Below, in pieces: positions 27,801 to 41,689 of a stretch of DNA of 64,000 nt (the first letter of the stretch is position 1; every line of letters starts with the position of its first letter). Made by a program: the position numbers and the translations under genes. The notes beneath the pieces were generated by a model, which saw only the letters and a program-made list of their open reading frames with translations, ran no database searches and was not told where the DNA came from. The stretch comes from Macrostomum lignano (Eukaryota): NCBI GenBank assembly GCA_002269645.1, contig NIVC01001063.1, positions 159,785-223,784 of the forward strand. The letters are read 5' to 3'.

Positions 27801-30800
27801 AGACAGGTGGGTCAATGAGAAGACAGGTGGGTCAATGAGAGGACAAGTAGATTAATGAGAAGACAGGTGGATCAATGAGAGGACAGGTGGATCAATGAGA
27901 AGACAAGTGAGTCAAATTGAAGGCAGATTGGGCCGTGAGAAGACAGGTGAATTCTTGAGAGGACAGGTGGATCAATGAGAGGACAGGTGGATCAATGAGA
28001 GGACAGGTGGATCAATGAGAGGACAAGTGGATCAATGAAAAGACAGTTGGATCAATGAGAGGACAGGTGGATCAATGAGAGGACAGGTGGATCAATGAGA
28101 GGACAAGTGGATCAATGAAAAGACAGTTGGATCAATGAAAAGACAGTTGGATCAATGAGAGGACAGGTGGATCAATGAGAAGACAGGTGGATCAATGAGA
28201 GGACAGGTAAATCAATGAGAGGACAGGTGGGTCAATGAGAGGACAAGTAGATTAATGAGAAGACAGGTGGGTCAATGAGAGGACAAGTAGATTAATGAGA
28301 AGACAGGTGGGTCAATGAGAGGACAAGTAGATTAATGAGAAGACAGGTGGATCAATGAAATCCCAAATTACCCCTCCCCCAGGTAAAATACGCCCCGGAG
28401 CGAGCCGGCATGGCCCGGGCGCACGTGCTGGACGCGGTGGCGCTGTGCCGCTACCTGCACTGGCTGGAGCTGCAGCTGGCGGCCGGCTCCCCGGTCACCG
28501 AGCTGTCGGGCAGCAACCAGCTGGACCAGCTGCGCTCCGAGATGGAGGGCTTCGTTGAGATCAGCTTTGAGACCATCAGTGGGTCCGGCTCCAATGGGGC
28601 TATCATTCACTACCGGGTCACGCCTGAGACCGACCGGCCGATCGTCCCCGACGAAGCCTACTTGGTGGACAGCGGTGGGCACTACAGGTGAGATTTCCAG
28701 TTTTAGAGTGAGATTTTTGGTATTTGGGTGAGATCTCTGGTATTTGGGTGAGATCTCTGGTATTTGGGTGAGATCTCTGGTATTTGGGTGAGATCTCTGG
28801 TATTTGCGTGAGATTTCCAGTTTTAGGGTAAGATTTCCAGTTTTAGGGTGAGATTTCAGTTTAAGGGTGAGATACTTGTTTTTATAGGGTGAGATTTTCG
28901 ATTTTAGGGTGAAATTTGTGGTTTTAATGTGAGTTTTGAGGTTTTAGGGTGAGATTTCCGGTTTTAAGGTGAAATTCCCAGTTTTAAGGTGAGATTCCTA
29001 ATTTTAAGGTGAGATGTCGGGTATCTGACTGAGATCCGGTTTTAGGATGCAATCTGGGGTATCAGGATGAGATTTCCGATGTGAGGGGATATTGGGTTGT
29101 GGTGAGATTCCGGGAATTCAATTAAGAAGATTTCATCAGAAAAATGAGACTTCCCTGGTGAGTGGGAATGGGATTTCCGCATAAAAATGATATTGAGTAT
29201 GGAGATGTAGATTGACTATCAGTACACACGATATATCATCATAATAGGTGAATCTTATAGTTTTCAATGAATCGCTGATCCCCGCAGGTGCGGCACAACC
29301 GACGTCACCCGCACGGTGTTCTACGGCGCGGCGCCGAGCGCCCAGCTGAAGCGGCACTACACCCTGGTGCTGCGGGGCCACATCGCCCTCTCCCGCCTCA
29401 CCTTCCCCGAGAACGTGCTGGGCTCCCGGCTGGACACCCACGCCAGGGCCGCGCTGTGGGCCGCGGGCCTGGAGTTCCAGCACGGCACAGGGCACGGGGT
29501 CGGCGTGTTCCTCAACGTGCACGAGGGGCCCTGCGCTATCAGCGGGTCGCGGGCCAACCCGCACGAGATCGGGCTGAAGCGGGGCATGATTGTCACCATC
29601 GAGCCCGGCTTCTACCTGGCTGGGCAGTACGGCATCCGGGTGGAGAATGTCGTGGAGGTTGTGCCCCAGACGGGTAGGGTTTGCTGCTGGACTTCTCACT
29701 GCATGTTTGAGTAGCTTACCATTGCGTCTGAGTAGTGTGACTGAGTAGGATCAGATGTGACTGAGTAGGATCAGATGTGACTGAGTAGGATCAGATGTGA
29801 CTGAGTAAGATCAGATGTGACTGAGTAGGATCAGATGTGACTGAGTAGGATCAGATGTGACTGAGTAGGATCAGATGTGACTGAGTAGGATCAGATGTGA
29901 CTGAGTAGGATCAGATGTGACGGAGTAGGATCAGATGTGACTGAGTAGGATCAGATGTGACTAAGTAGGATCAGATGGGACTGAGTAGGATCAGATGTGA
30001 CTGAGTAGGATCAGATGTGACTGAGTAGGATCAGATGTGACTGAGTAGGATCAGATGTGACTGAGTAGGAGCAGATGTGACTGAGTAGGATCAGATGTGA
30101 CGGAGTAGGATCAGATGTGACTGAGTAGGATCAGATGTGACTAAGTAGGATCAGATGGGACTGAGTAGGATCAGATGTGACTGAGTAGGATCAGATGTGA
30201 CGGAGTAGGATCAGATGTGACTGAGTAGGATCAGATGTGACTGAGTAGGATCAGATGTGACTGAGTAGGATCAGATGTGACTGAGTAGGATCAGATGTGA
30301 CGGAGTAGGATCAGATGTGACTGAGTAGAATCAGATGTGACTGAGTAGGAGCAGATGTGACTGAGTAGGATCAGATGTGACTGAGTAGGATCAGATGTAA
30401 CTGAGTAGGATCAGATGTAACTGAGTAGGATCAGATGTGACTGAGTAGGATCAGATGTGACGGAGTAGGATCAGATGTGACTGAGTAGGATCAGATGTGA
30501 CTAAGTAGGATCAGATGTGACTGAGTAGGATCAGATGTGACTGAGTAGGATCAGATGTGACTGAGTAGGATCATTAGTATCTTAGTAGAGTTGTTGGTGT
30601 CTCGGCGTGGTTCGCCTCATGGATAAGCTGCATGACAGACCGACATTTGACATCAAATTTGCAGGCATAGCCGAAGGATTCGACGGGTTGCAGTTCCTCA
30701 CCTTCAAGCCGCTGACGCTGGTGCCCATCAGCACCAAGCTGGTGGACCGCAGTCAGCTCGCTGACGAGGACGTGGCCTGGCTCAACAATTACCACGCCGA

Positions 30801-30888
30801 GGTCCGGCAAGTTGTTGGCGACGAGCTGAAAAAGCGAGGCTTTGCCGAGACCTACGAATGGCTGGTGCGGGAGACTGAGCCCATCTGA
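24894..30888 (+). CDS. XPNPEP1: Xaa-Pro aminopeptidase 1 (aminopeptidase P, M24B), 608 aa, 6 exons
   Basis: join(24894..25076,25860..26207,26479..26859,28383..28687,29288..29673,30665..30888); all GT-AG, phases 0,0,0,2,1. Motifs DAHMSEY, GFTGSAG, WTDGRYFLQA, DSGGHYRCGTTDVTRT, HGTGHGVG, HEGP, EPGFY, GIRVEN and C-terminal LTFKPLTLVP...WLNNYH; metal ligands intact. Confidence 0.95.
25207..25835. repeat. 24-bp minisatellite in XPNPEP1 intron 1
   Basis: GAATGAAGGGGCGGAAGCAGAGGA units grading into GAGTGAAGGGGCGGAAACCGAAGA units. Confidence 0.9.
27000..28358. repeat. 20-bp minisatellite in XPNPEP1 intron 3
   Basis: Tandem GATCAATGAGAGGACAGGT(A/G) units, with a short inverted patch near 27255-27360. 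Confidence 0.9.
28688..29060. repeat. 20-21-bp minisatellite starting at the XPNPEP1 intron 4 donor
   Basis: Units GTGAGATTTCCAGTTTTAGG / GTGAGATCTCTGGTATTTGG; the first unit is the real splice donor. Confidence 0.8.
29735..30573. repeat. Homogeneous 20-bp minisatellite in XPNPEP1 intron 5
   Basis: About 42 near-perfect copies of GTGACTGAGTAGGATCAGAT. Confidence 0.95.
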
Positions 30889-30977
30889 TGGGGCTGGCTG
30901 CGCCGTAGGCTGCGACTTGGATGGGACTGTGGAGTTGGTCATCGGTTGAAAGTAGTTTATGCAAGCTAGTTTTGATT

Positions 30978-31657
30978 TGTGTCCGAGTGCATAGACGGGT
31001 GACAGGTGTGTGTGTCCGAGTGCATAGACAGGTGACAGGTGTGTGTGTCCGAGTGCATAGACAGGTGACAGGTGTGTGTGTCCGAGTGCATAGACAGGTG
31101 ACAGGTGTGTGTGTCCGAGTGCATATACAGGTGACAGGTGTGTTTCCGAGTACATAGACAGGTGTGTGTCCGAGTGCGTAGACAGGTGTGTGTCCGAGTG
31201 CGTAGACAGGTGTGTGTCCGAGTGCAGAGACAGGTGTGTCCGGATGCAGAGACACGCGTGTCCGAGTGCGTAGACAGGTGTGTCCGAGTGCGTAGACAGG
31301 TGTGTCCGAGTGCGTAGACAGGTGTGTCCGAGTGCAGAGACAGGTGACAGGTGTGTGTCCGAGTGCGTAGACAGGTGTGTGTCCGAGTGCAGAGACAGGT
31401 GACAGGTGTGTGTCCGAGTGCGTAGACAAGTGTGTACGAGTGCAGAGACAGGTGACAGGTGTGTGTCCGAGTGCAGAGACAGGTGACAGGTGTGTGTCCG
31501 AGTGCAGAGACAGGTGACAGGTGTGTGTCCGAGTGCGTAGACAAGTGTGTACGAGTGCAGAGACAGGTGACAGGTGTGTGTCCGAGTGCGTAGCCAGGTG
31601 TGTCCGAGTGCATAGACAGGTGTGTGTCCGAGTGCAGAGACAAGTGTGTGTCCGAGT
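30978..31657. repeat. Variable 20-30-bp minisatellite 3' of XPNPEP1
   Basis: GTGTCCGAGTGC(A/G)(T/G)AGACAGGTG(ACAGGTG) units. Confidence 0.9.
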
Positions 31658-32519
31658 TATTGGTTTTGGTTTCCATCTGCTATTAGATTTTTAATTTGCA
31701 ATTTCCCAAAGCACTGCAGATTTGTTAGTCCATTATTAATTTCAAGGCCGGTGCTTCTCTAACGAATTCCCGCTATTGACAGTTTAGTCTTGAACGAAGT
31801 TGTGTCTTCGTCACACATTTTGATTTTTCCTGTCCTTGATTTCTAATGACTGCTTCAGCTTTGCCTTTCTGTAATTAAATAATTAAACAAATATTAAGTA
31901 ATAAAATTGATAGTGGAGTCACTGTTTAGTATTCAAATTGGAAAAAAATTCAAGAGTTCTCATCTGACTTTCTGCTAGTACTTATCCGTGTGATTTTTTT
32001 ATGAAGAAAAAAATTATGTATTGTGGGTAGTTGACATAAGTTGATCAGGCTCTCGGTCGCTTGTTTGCTGACCTCTGCTCGGCCGCTGGGCTCGCGGAGA
32101 CGGTCACCCTGTCCAGCCTGGTGTTGATGGCCTGCAGACGGTGGGGTTGCGTACACAGATTGTGAATGGGCGGTTTCTGTTGAAGCTTCCGGAGTCTTGG
32201 GATTGGCTCCCCTAGGAGCATTCGGGAAACAGATATCGTAAAATTCTGCTACAGAAAGTCTGTATGAAGCTATGACGTCAATGGGGCCTTTCAATTTCCC
32301 ACATACTCAGCAACAGCACCGGACCGAGTTCGCGCTGCCCACACGGCCCTGAAGTTTTTCATGCCGTCGGTGATTCAGAAATGTGAGAGGGTTGCCACTG
32401 CCAGAAGTCGGCGCAACATGTTCAAGTTTCCACCCCGAAACCAGAAGTCAACCAGATGTGGGAAGCTTGAATCCAACTCCAGCCATAACTTTAACTCTCC
32501 ACTCTCTCTTTACCAGCCT

Positions 32520-33530
32520 AAGCTTGTGACACAACGGTGTTGAGAGCCGCACGTCCCTTCGTCCTTCGAGCCTACCGAGTCCCGCAGAGCTACTGTAATC
32601 GACGCAGTCATTTCGCTGTATCGCCATACTCGAGCTGTTGTGGTGACGGCGAACGGCCTGTTTGACCTGTTCGACACTTCATCCGGTTCCGCTGGGCGAC
32701 ACGCTAGGGCCGTAACTCTGCTGCTGCTGGACTGGGTGCTTCGAAACGCACTCCTCTCGGCTGACGACGGCTTCCTGCTGCGCAGACGCAACGGTCGCCG
32801 CCACGATGAAAAGCGCCTGAGGGTTCTTGGCTACGCCGACGACCTCGCCCTCCTGTCCTCGTCCGTTAAAGATCGACAGGCTGGTCGAGGTGGGCATCGA
32901 GCGTCGGTCTGGTTGTCAACACGCTGAAGATCGAGGTGCTGACTGTGCCGGCCGACATCCCAGCGCCTGACGTGCCGCGGTGCAGCCGGGCAGACGATCA
33001 AGCTTGCAAGCTGCCAGCGGTTTACCTACCTCTGCGGTCTGCTGGTGCCCCACGTAGAGGAAGACCTCCAGCGGCGAAGAGGACTTGCCTGCGCGGCCTT
33101 CCGTTCGATCTGGGCCGTCCTCCAGTCCTTCTGCCCGACCGCCAGAGGGCTCGGCTATGGCAGGCGGTGCATATGGTCGAAACCGTCCTGCTCTACAACG
33201 CCGAGACGAGGAAGCTGACGTCTACGCTGGAGCGGCAGTTGGACTCGGCGCACTCAGGGCTGCTCCGTGCGGCCTTTCCAGTTGACACGAGCATCTGGAC
33301 CGAGGCCCTGTACGATCCTGCACCGGCGGCGACTTTCACTAGCGGGCCACGTGATCCGGGCCGAGGGCTACTGCCCCCAACCTGTTCAGGACGTCCTGCT
33401 GCTCACCTTGCAGGGCCCGTTCAGACGGGGTCAGGCCCGAAGCCGTCGATACGTGGACTGCCTCCTATGCGACGCCGGGCCGCCCGACACTGCCAACGTC
33501 CGCTCTCAGGCTCTGCGGCGCGCCAACTGA
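32520..33530 (+). pseudogene. Degenerate non-LTR retrotransposon (RTE/RTEX-like) reverse transcriptase C-terminal region
   Basis: Frameshifted pieces read SLYRHTRAVVVTANG...TSSG, LLLDWVLRNAL, LGYADDLALLSS (YADD), VETVLLYNAET and RRRLSLAGHVIRAEGYC, typical of LINE RT and thumb regions. Confidence 0.8.
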
Positions 33531-33732
33531 CGCACTTCTGCTCTGACTTTGCATGCGGGCTGCGTACTTTGTTGTTGCTCACACAAATTGCATCACCCCC
33601 AGTTGAGTTAAGAACATTATGCACCACATATGTCAGCATGCCGAATACAGGACACAAATGTTAAAATGTTAAATCCAAGAGGCTGTGCAAATTGTGCAGT
33701 GAGAACTGATACTCCCTTCGATGGCTGTATAA

Positions 33733-36262
33733 AGGGGATGTGAACTTAAGAGTCAAAATGGAGCCTGAAGCATTGGCTCCCGATTTCTCTACGCCAATCC
33801 CTTCATTTGGAGCCAAATAGCTCCCGTTATGCCGAAAAGCCGACCACTTTAGCATTTCGGGATCTCTGTGGGGAGAAATGGGATAAATGGGGATTTCATG
33901 TGAACTTACGACTCTAGGAGCTTCAAATCTTTAAATGACGAGGTGAACAGATTACCTGAGCGTTAGCGTGGTCATCACGCGATGAACGACTGACCCATCT
34001 GGCGACCAGATCCATCAATTCCAGGACGGCCACACCACAGCCTCTGCTGAAGCGGCCTCTGAAGCGGCCCCTGCCGCGGGGCAGCCGCACATCGAACCCA
34101 GCGGCCCACCGACTGCAACGTCAGCTGCCCCCGAGTATGGATCCTCCCGTCTCATCCCCTAACACTGTCTCATCACCTGCTGCACCTGTCATCGACGTTA
34201 ACGCCCTCCTCACCTTCATGACTGCGGTGATCCAGCAGAATCAGTTGCTTATAGAACAGCTCGCCGCTATATTTATCCTGGCACGACATCAGCGTCGTCG
34301 TCCGCTACGAGTGATTGCGATCCGGCCGCTCTCATCCGCTCCAATGTCCTCCAGAAAGTTCGTCTCCCGACATTCGACGGCATCGACCCTGCCGCATTCC
34401 CTGGGTTCTGGGACGTCTTCCTCTACCGCGTCGACCAATCCAGTCTCAACGTCGACAAGTTCGAACCACTCCGCGGTCTCTTATTCGGCTCCGCCCTCAG
34501 AAAGCTGGGCGCCCTCGATGCCTGCCAACCCATCGCTTACGCTGAGGCCTGCCGCGTCCTCCAGGCTAACTGCGCCGACGCCCAGGAGCAGAAGAACGCC
34601 TGCTTCCAACGCCTCGCGCTATTATGCAGCTTCGCTTTCGACGTAGACGAGTTTGAAACCTTCACCAACGCCCTCCGACTCGCTATCGGCCAAATTCTCG
34701 GCCTTAGCGAGCTCACTTCACCCTCGACAGCCACGTCTAAGCCCTATGGAGCCGCCTCCCGATCAAGCTCCAGAACGAGATCCGCAACCGCCGTGCTGCA
34801 AACGGGCAGCCTCTCATGCCCACTATGGCACAGTTCCAGGTCCACCACTCCTCGCACGGGCGCAAACCCCTCGCCTCGTCTCTCCAAATGCTTCGCTTCC
34901 ACCGCCAACCAGCAGCAGCAGAAGCCCAGCCGCCCATGCCTCTATTGCGACACTTCCGACCATGCCACCATGTCTTGCTGCAACATCCGCAAGCCCGATG
35001 ACCGGCTAAAAATAGTTCTGAACAAGAACCTTTGCGACAATTGCCTTCGCCGACACCACACCAGGGACTGCCGCGACACCCGACACTGTCGTGCGTGCGA
35101 TGCCCCACATCACACCTCGCTGCAGGGGGCCATCTTCGACAGCGCTCGCTCCAGCCATCGCTCGCCTAAGACAGGCCAAAATGCCCACGTTAATTCGGGC
35201 TGACGCCGACTCCAAAGAAAAAGCCAACTCCCAAGTCTCTGCCGCAGCCGACGGAGGTCTCGTGCCGACCATCATGGCTACTTTCCGGGCGAAGGCCGTC
35301 AACCCGAAAGATGGCCGCTCCGTCGACTGCACAATTTTCTCGATTCTCGATACTCGCATCTCGACGGCACTGTTGCCCACAACCTTGGTCTCAAAGCCGC
35401 TAAGAGACTCACGATAGCCACCTCTACCTTACACTCGTACTCGTACTTCCACGTTAGATTACTGCGGACCTCGTCAGTTTCGACCTCCAGGCCCCAGACA
35501 GCCTTTGCTGGACAATCACATCCCTCGCCTCCGACCAGCTAGCAGCCCCGATCCATATACCGGCCGTTAAGCTCCCTGAAGATGTCCTTAATACCTTCAG
35601 CAGTGTCAAAAACGGCCTCTGCAACCTTCCGCCCGATCATGATGCAGAGGTACTCTCGACCCCATCCTCGGTGGTGACTGAACCAGTTACTTATCGGCCC
35701 TGCCGTTCCTGCCCTCGCTCCGGCTCTAACGGCCTACTTGACGCCCTTCGAAGCCATCCTCAACAATGCTATCACTGACACGGATGCCCGCAGCATAAAC
35801 AGCTTCCTCAGGTCCTCGCAGGCCTCTCAGGTCCTTATCGCTAACACCTGCCTCAACATGAACAACGATAACGGCTCCTCGAAGTTCTCAGCATCGCGAA
35901 GGACGCTGGAAAGCATGGCCCCAAAGACAGCGAGCTGACTCGACGCCTTCTCGCGTCCATTACCCGTGACTAAGATGGCCGCATCTCCGTCAACCCGCCA
36001 TTCAAAGACGGCGATGCTTTGGCTCCAAATGAAGGGATTGGCGTAGAGAAATCGGGACCCAATGCTTCAGGCTCCATTCTAGAGCCTTAAGTTCACATGA
36101 AATCCCCATTTATCCAATTTCTCCCCACAGAGATCCCCAAATGCTAAATTGGTCGGTTTTCGGCATAACGGGAGCTATTTGGCTCCAAATGAAGGGATTG
36201 GCGTAGAGAAATCGGGAGCCAATGCTTCAGGCTCCATTTTGACTCTTAAGTTCACATCCCCT
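33733..36262. mobile_element. Kolobok-like TIR DNA element, non-autonomous, ~2.5 kb
   Basis: Near-perfect ~175-bp TIRs beginning AGGGGATGTGAAC / ending GTTCACATCCCCT (RR...YY), plus an extra partial TIR unit at 36020-36095. Flanks ATAA / TTAT, each one mismatch from TTAA. Superfamily assignment is inferred from the termini only. Confidence 0.6.
34137..35417 (+). pseudogene. BEL/Pao LTR-retrotransposon gag(-protease) relic
   Basis: A stop-free frame 34202-35203 encodes RLPTFDGIDPAAFPGFWDVF...DKFEPLRGLLFGSAL (DUF1759-like) and three knuckles CLYCDTSDHATMSC, CDNCLRRHHTRDC, CRACDAPHH. The ATG frame at 34137 shifts into it. A protease-like ILDT segment lies in another frame near 35340. Confidence 0.72.
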
Positions 36263-37639
36263 TTATTACATCAATATTGATTTTTTATACCGTCTCCATT
36301 AACCCACCTCAATTCTTATCTGATCTTTCTGCCTATCTACTCTTGTACGATTTGTCTCACTGTCGTCAGTAGCTCCGCGGGGTCACATATTGTTCAAACC
36401 AATTTTAAAATTATGGCTCTGAATTACGAGCTCTCGTAACAATCGAACTACCAAGAGCGAGGGAATTCCCCCCCCCCCTGACTATTTTTTGCTGCGCCGG
36501 AACGGAGCAACGCATGAGGCACACTCAAACAAGAATCAAGTCGCCAGCCCTCCGGACCGTCGAGATATTCGACGATTCTGCTAGAAGGTCGGATTTTTTC
36601 CAGAAGCACTAGTGTATTCAGTACACCCCTGTGCGCCAATCAGCACTGCGCCTCAGTGCAGCCTTGCCAAGCCTCCAAATTTCATCAGCACGTCGACCAC
36701 ACGTGTCTGCATCAGCTCTGACTTCGTTGGTCACTGGCCTTCACCCAGGCGGAGCTTCTGGACCTTCAACAGGTGGCACCATGTGACCAATGGACACCTT
36801 GATGCGGATTTCTCGAGCTTCGCTGATCAAGCCTCGACAGCTGGACAGCCTCAGCTTAGTCTCTCAAGAATTTAGTTATCACCAGGACGCCGTCGGCAAC
36901 TTCAAGAAGACAAAAACATCCCCCCTCTTGCTAGTTCGACGGGCGGACTTGGTATGACTTGGACCTACTGTTAACTATACATTGTCATTGATTTGAGCAA
37001 ATTGGCGTGGCCTGATTGGTTTTCACGATGTTTTAAAAGTTCACTTTCACTTTTACATTACTCGCAGAAAGTACAACCAGTTCGACCAGCTTCCCTCACC
37101 CGCATAGTCCAGACCAGCCACCGGAGTTTTCGCAGCTCAGCGCATCGCCGAGCGCGTTGCCACTCGGCCTCGGCCTCCTGAATGCTGGCTGCCAGAAGCC
37201 TGGGGCAGCAGACCGCGCACCTGCCGCTTTCAACTGCAGGCCGTGCGCTTCTGGTTATCAGGCGCCTGTCAATGCGCGCGGTTACGTTGGCATAGTAGGA
37301 GCAGGACTTGCAGGTGCAGCGAATTCTCAACGGCTGGCAGGCAGCAGCCGCAGCGGCAGTTGGTTGTTGGCTCCTGGCAGCAGCAGCCTTCAGTGCTGGT
37401 TTTCTTTTGGGCATGGCCTTGCTGAGAGCGCATGCAGTTTTACAATTGATGTTTTTAATCCAATTTTACTCGTGCGTGTATTTGTAATTAGAAAGGCTGA
37501 GACAGCAACTGCAAGAATTATCTATGGTGAAAACGGGAATGCGTGATACTCTTGCGGATGTTAGCCTGTGTAAATCAGGCCTGTGTAAATTCTATTAAAT
37601 TCGATTATAAACTACTGAAGTGATCTATTTTCGGCCCTA

Positions 37640-37990
37640 AAGTTTCCATTCAGGTTTGAGTGTATTATCAACCAATGAAAATGAAGCAAAGCTGAGGATA
37701 TTACGACCTGTGTCGGCCAATAGGAAGCAGTATGTACCATTGTTAAACTATGCAAACCATAACTTTAGGACCCCTCTGCGCTTTAATGGGTGTCCACGAG
37801 CCGACCTGCCTTGCGACCTCCAGGTCCACAAGTTGAAACCGGTCTCGTCTAAGTAGACGGTGTGAACTTCTGGAGCTAAGTGGAACATGAAGTTAGCGTA
37901 TTCACTTCTTTTCGACTCAGTTGCTGCATTTGGCGCACATCCGTCCCCCTTGGTAGCAAGTTTGACCGTAAAGAGCAAACCTCTTTGAAA
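37640..37990 (-). pseudogene. Tc1/IS630-like (DDE_3) transposase fragment
   Basis: VYLDETGFNLWTWRSQGRSARG (first catalytic D motif), then frameshifted QRGPKVMVC and a possible LVDN second motif. Confidence 0.6.
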
Positions 37991-38665
37991 AGCTCAAATC
38001 GTTCCTTCTATTTATTCTCATCGTTACATATTGCATGACAAATTTAGCTGTCTATGCTTGCTGTCTCGAGTTGATTCAAAAGCTGGGCCATAAAACTCTA
38101 TGGGCCGATCCGTTTCGGATGTCCCCTATTCAACATAGCATGACAAAAGCAATAATTGCACTTTAATTAACCATTTAATGCCTTCTACACGTAAATGCGC
38201 TATATGCTACTTACTAAATAACAAATGAGTAGGCGCAAGCCATCATGCTTTCGATCCTTTGATATGGTACAGGTCTAACCGTGGGGATTAGACCATAGAC
38301 AAAACTGAGTGCCTCTGGCTGGCTTAGTGATCTGTATGCATGCACCTGCAGCTATAGTCTATGGCCAAATGGCACGTGTACATGATTTAGAAAAGCCGCA
38401 AATGCTATACAGCTTATTGCGCTTATTGAAACTTATTGCACTTGCAATTCAAATGAACTGGACCAGAAATTGCACACAGTTGGTCTATAATTGTATTTAT
38501 TAACTTGGAACTTTACAGCCCCATCACAGCTGCCTGATGAAACAGCTGGCTGCATTTATTCAGCACATGACTGGTCTGATTGGCCGGCACTGGCAACAAG
38601 CAAAACTTATGATTTATGGCACATTGACAACTAGAAATATTCTAAGAAAGCATAAGACTGCATCA

Positions 38666-40110
<1,445 letters not shown>

Positions 40111-40877
40111 GGCTGGGTCGGCAAGAAACTTCTTTAATTTAGTAGATTTGCTTTTTCATTGCTGATAGAGCTGCAATGACAGATTTAGGTGTGGCCTTGA
40201 CCTTCAGGTGTGACCTTAAGGTGTGATTTTCACATTTAAGCAACTGGCATATAGGTGAGACTCAACGTGCAGACAGAAATAGATAAATTGCCTGTCAATG
40301 TTTGATGGCACTCTGCCTATGGGACACTAGAGCCGATATGTTGCGTAAACAACTTTGTCAAGCGCAATTTAAAACTGTATTATTTGGGCGATAAAATTAT
40401 TGGAAGACAGACATAAAAGCATACTTAGATATGCAGGACAGGGTCAGAGGGAGGAAGAGGTACCACTGCACCACCTTATTACTGGCAAGTGCCGATATGT
40501 ATAGTAAAAGGCTTAACTAATGAGACTTTTTGCAGTAAAACAATACAGAATAAAACACGAAGTTCAGCTGTAATTTCTGCCAGAAGCAACTGCGATTCAT
40601 TGAAATAATTTATAAATAAATCCAGATATAAAAATTTTTTTCGAGACTTGGCCGATGCAAAAATAAAAATAAAATTTTCATATTCCAGTGCCAACACTGA
40701 TTGCCACTGAGACAATGCTGACATGAGTGACTGGATATCATTCTGTAATAGTATTCTTGTAAAGAATCTGAAAATTTTCCAAGCAGTTCCGCTGCGCGTT
40801 ATTATCAGTAGGCTAGACCGAAAATTTAGGCTAGAATAAACGGACACAGCAAAAATGGTTTTCAGTGTTGGTGCCTC

Positions 40878-41376
40878 TTTCTCTCTCATCTCCCCTCTCT
40901 TATCTCCTATCACATCTTCTCTCTCATCTTCTTACTCTCATCTCCTCTCTCTTATCTCCCCTCTCTTATCTCCTATCACATCTTCTCTCTCATCTTCTTA
41001 CTCTCATCTCCTCTCTCTCATCTCCTCTCTCTTATCTCCTATCACATCTTCTCTCTCATTTTCTTACTCTCATCTCCTCTCTCTTATCTCCTATCACATC
41101 TTCTCTCTCATCTTCTTACTCTCATCTCCTCTCTCTCATCTCCCCTCTCTTATCTCCTATCACATCTTCTCTCTCATCTTCTTACACTCATCTTCTCTCT
41201 CTTATCTCCTATCACATCTTCTCTCTCATCTTCTTACACTCATCTCCCCTCTCTTATCTCCCCTCTCGTCTCCCCTCTCTTATCTCCCCTCTCGTCTCCC
41301 CTCTCTTATCTCCCCTCTCGTCTCCCCTCTCGTCTCCCCTCTCTTATCTCCCCTCTCGTCTCCCCGCTCTCATCCC
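40878..41376. repeat. Pyrimidine-strand degenerate minisatellite between VAMP and TP53RK
   Basis: Repeats of TCTCTTATCTCCTATCACATCTTCTCTCTCATC, then CTCGTCTCCCCT. Confidence 0.8.
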
Positions 41377-41689
41377 TCAGCAGCGACAGCAATAGCGCAG
41401 GAAAAGCGGTCAGCAGAATGAAATAAAAATCAGTGAAACAACTGAATTAAACAAAACACTACTCATACTAACAAAAATATCTATAAGAAAATATTTGGCC
41501 GCTAAGTAGGAATTTTTTAAATCCGGGTTCCGGAAGACAATATTTAGTTTCGGCGGAAGCACTATGCTATGTACACAAAAAATATGTTTATAAAATTTGA
41601 ACTGGTCGCCAGCAAGTTTGCATAAGAGCGAACTAAACAGATCTCCAGCGCATTCGTTGACCAAATCCTAGCACTCATTCATTCGGCTG

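Noticed and set aside
29735-30573. Regular 20-bp repeats resembling a CRISPR array (also 61097-62190)
   Set aside because: The units are contiguous with no unique spacers, there are no cas genes, and the context is eukaryotic introns.
36920-36970. PLASSTGGLG resembling a post-RT motif of some LINEs
   Set aside because: A single short motif with no RT context identified.
40479-41664. Hydrophobic minus-strand ORFs 40479-40913 and 41410-41664
   Set aside because: AT-rich, no recognisable motif or convincing splice sites; they lie in the VAMP 3' region.
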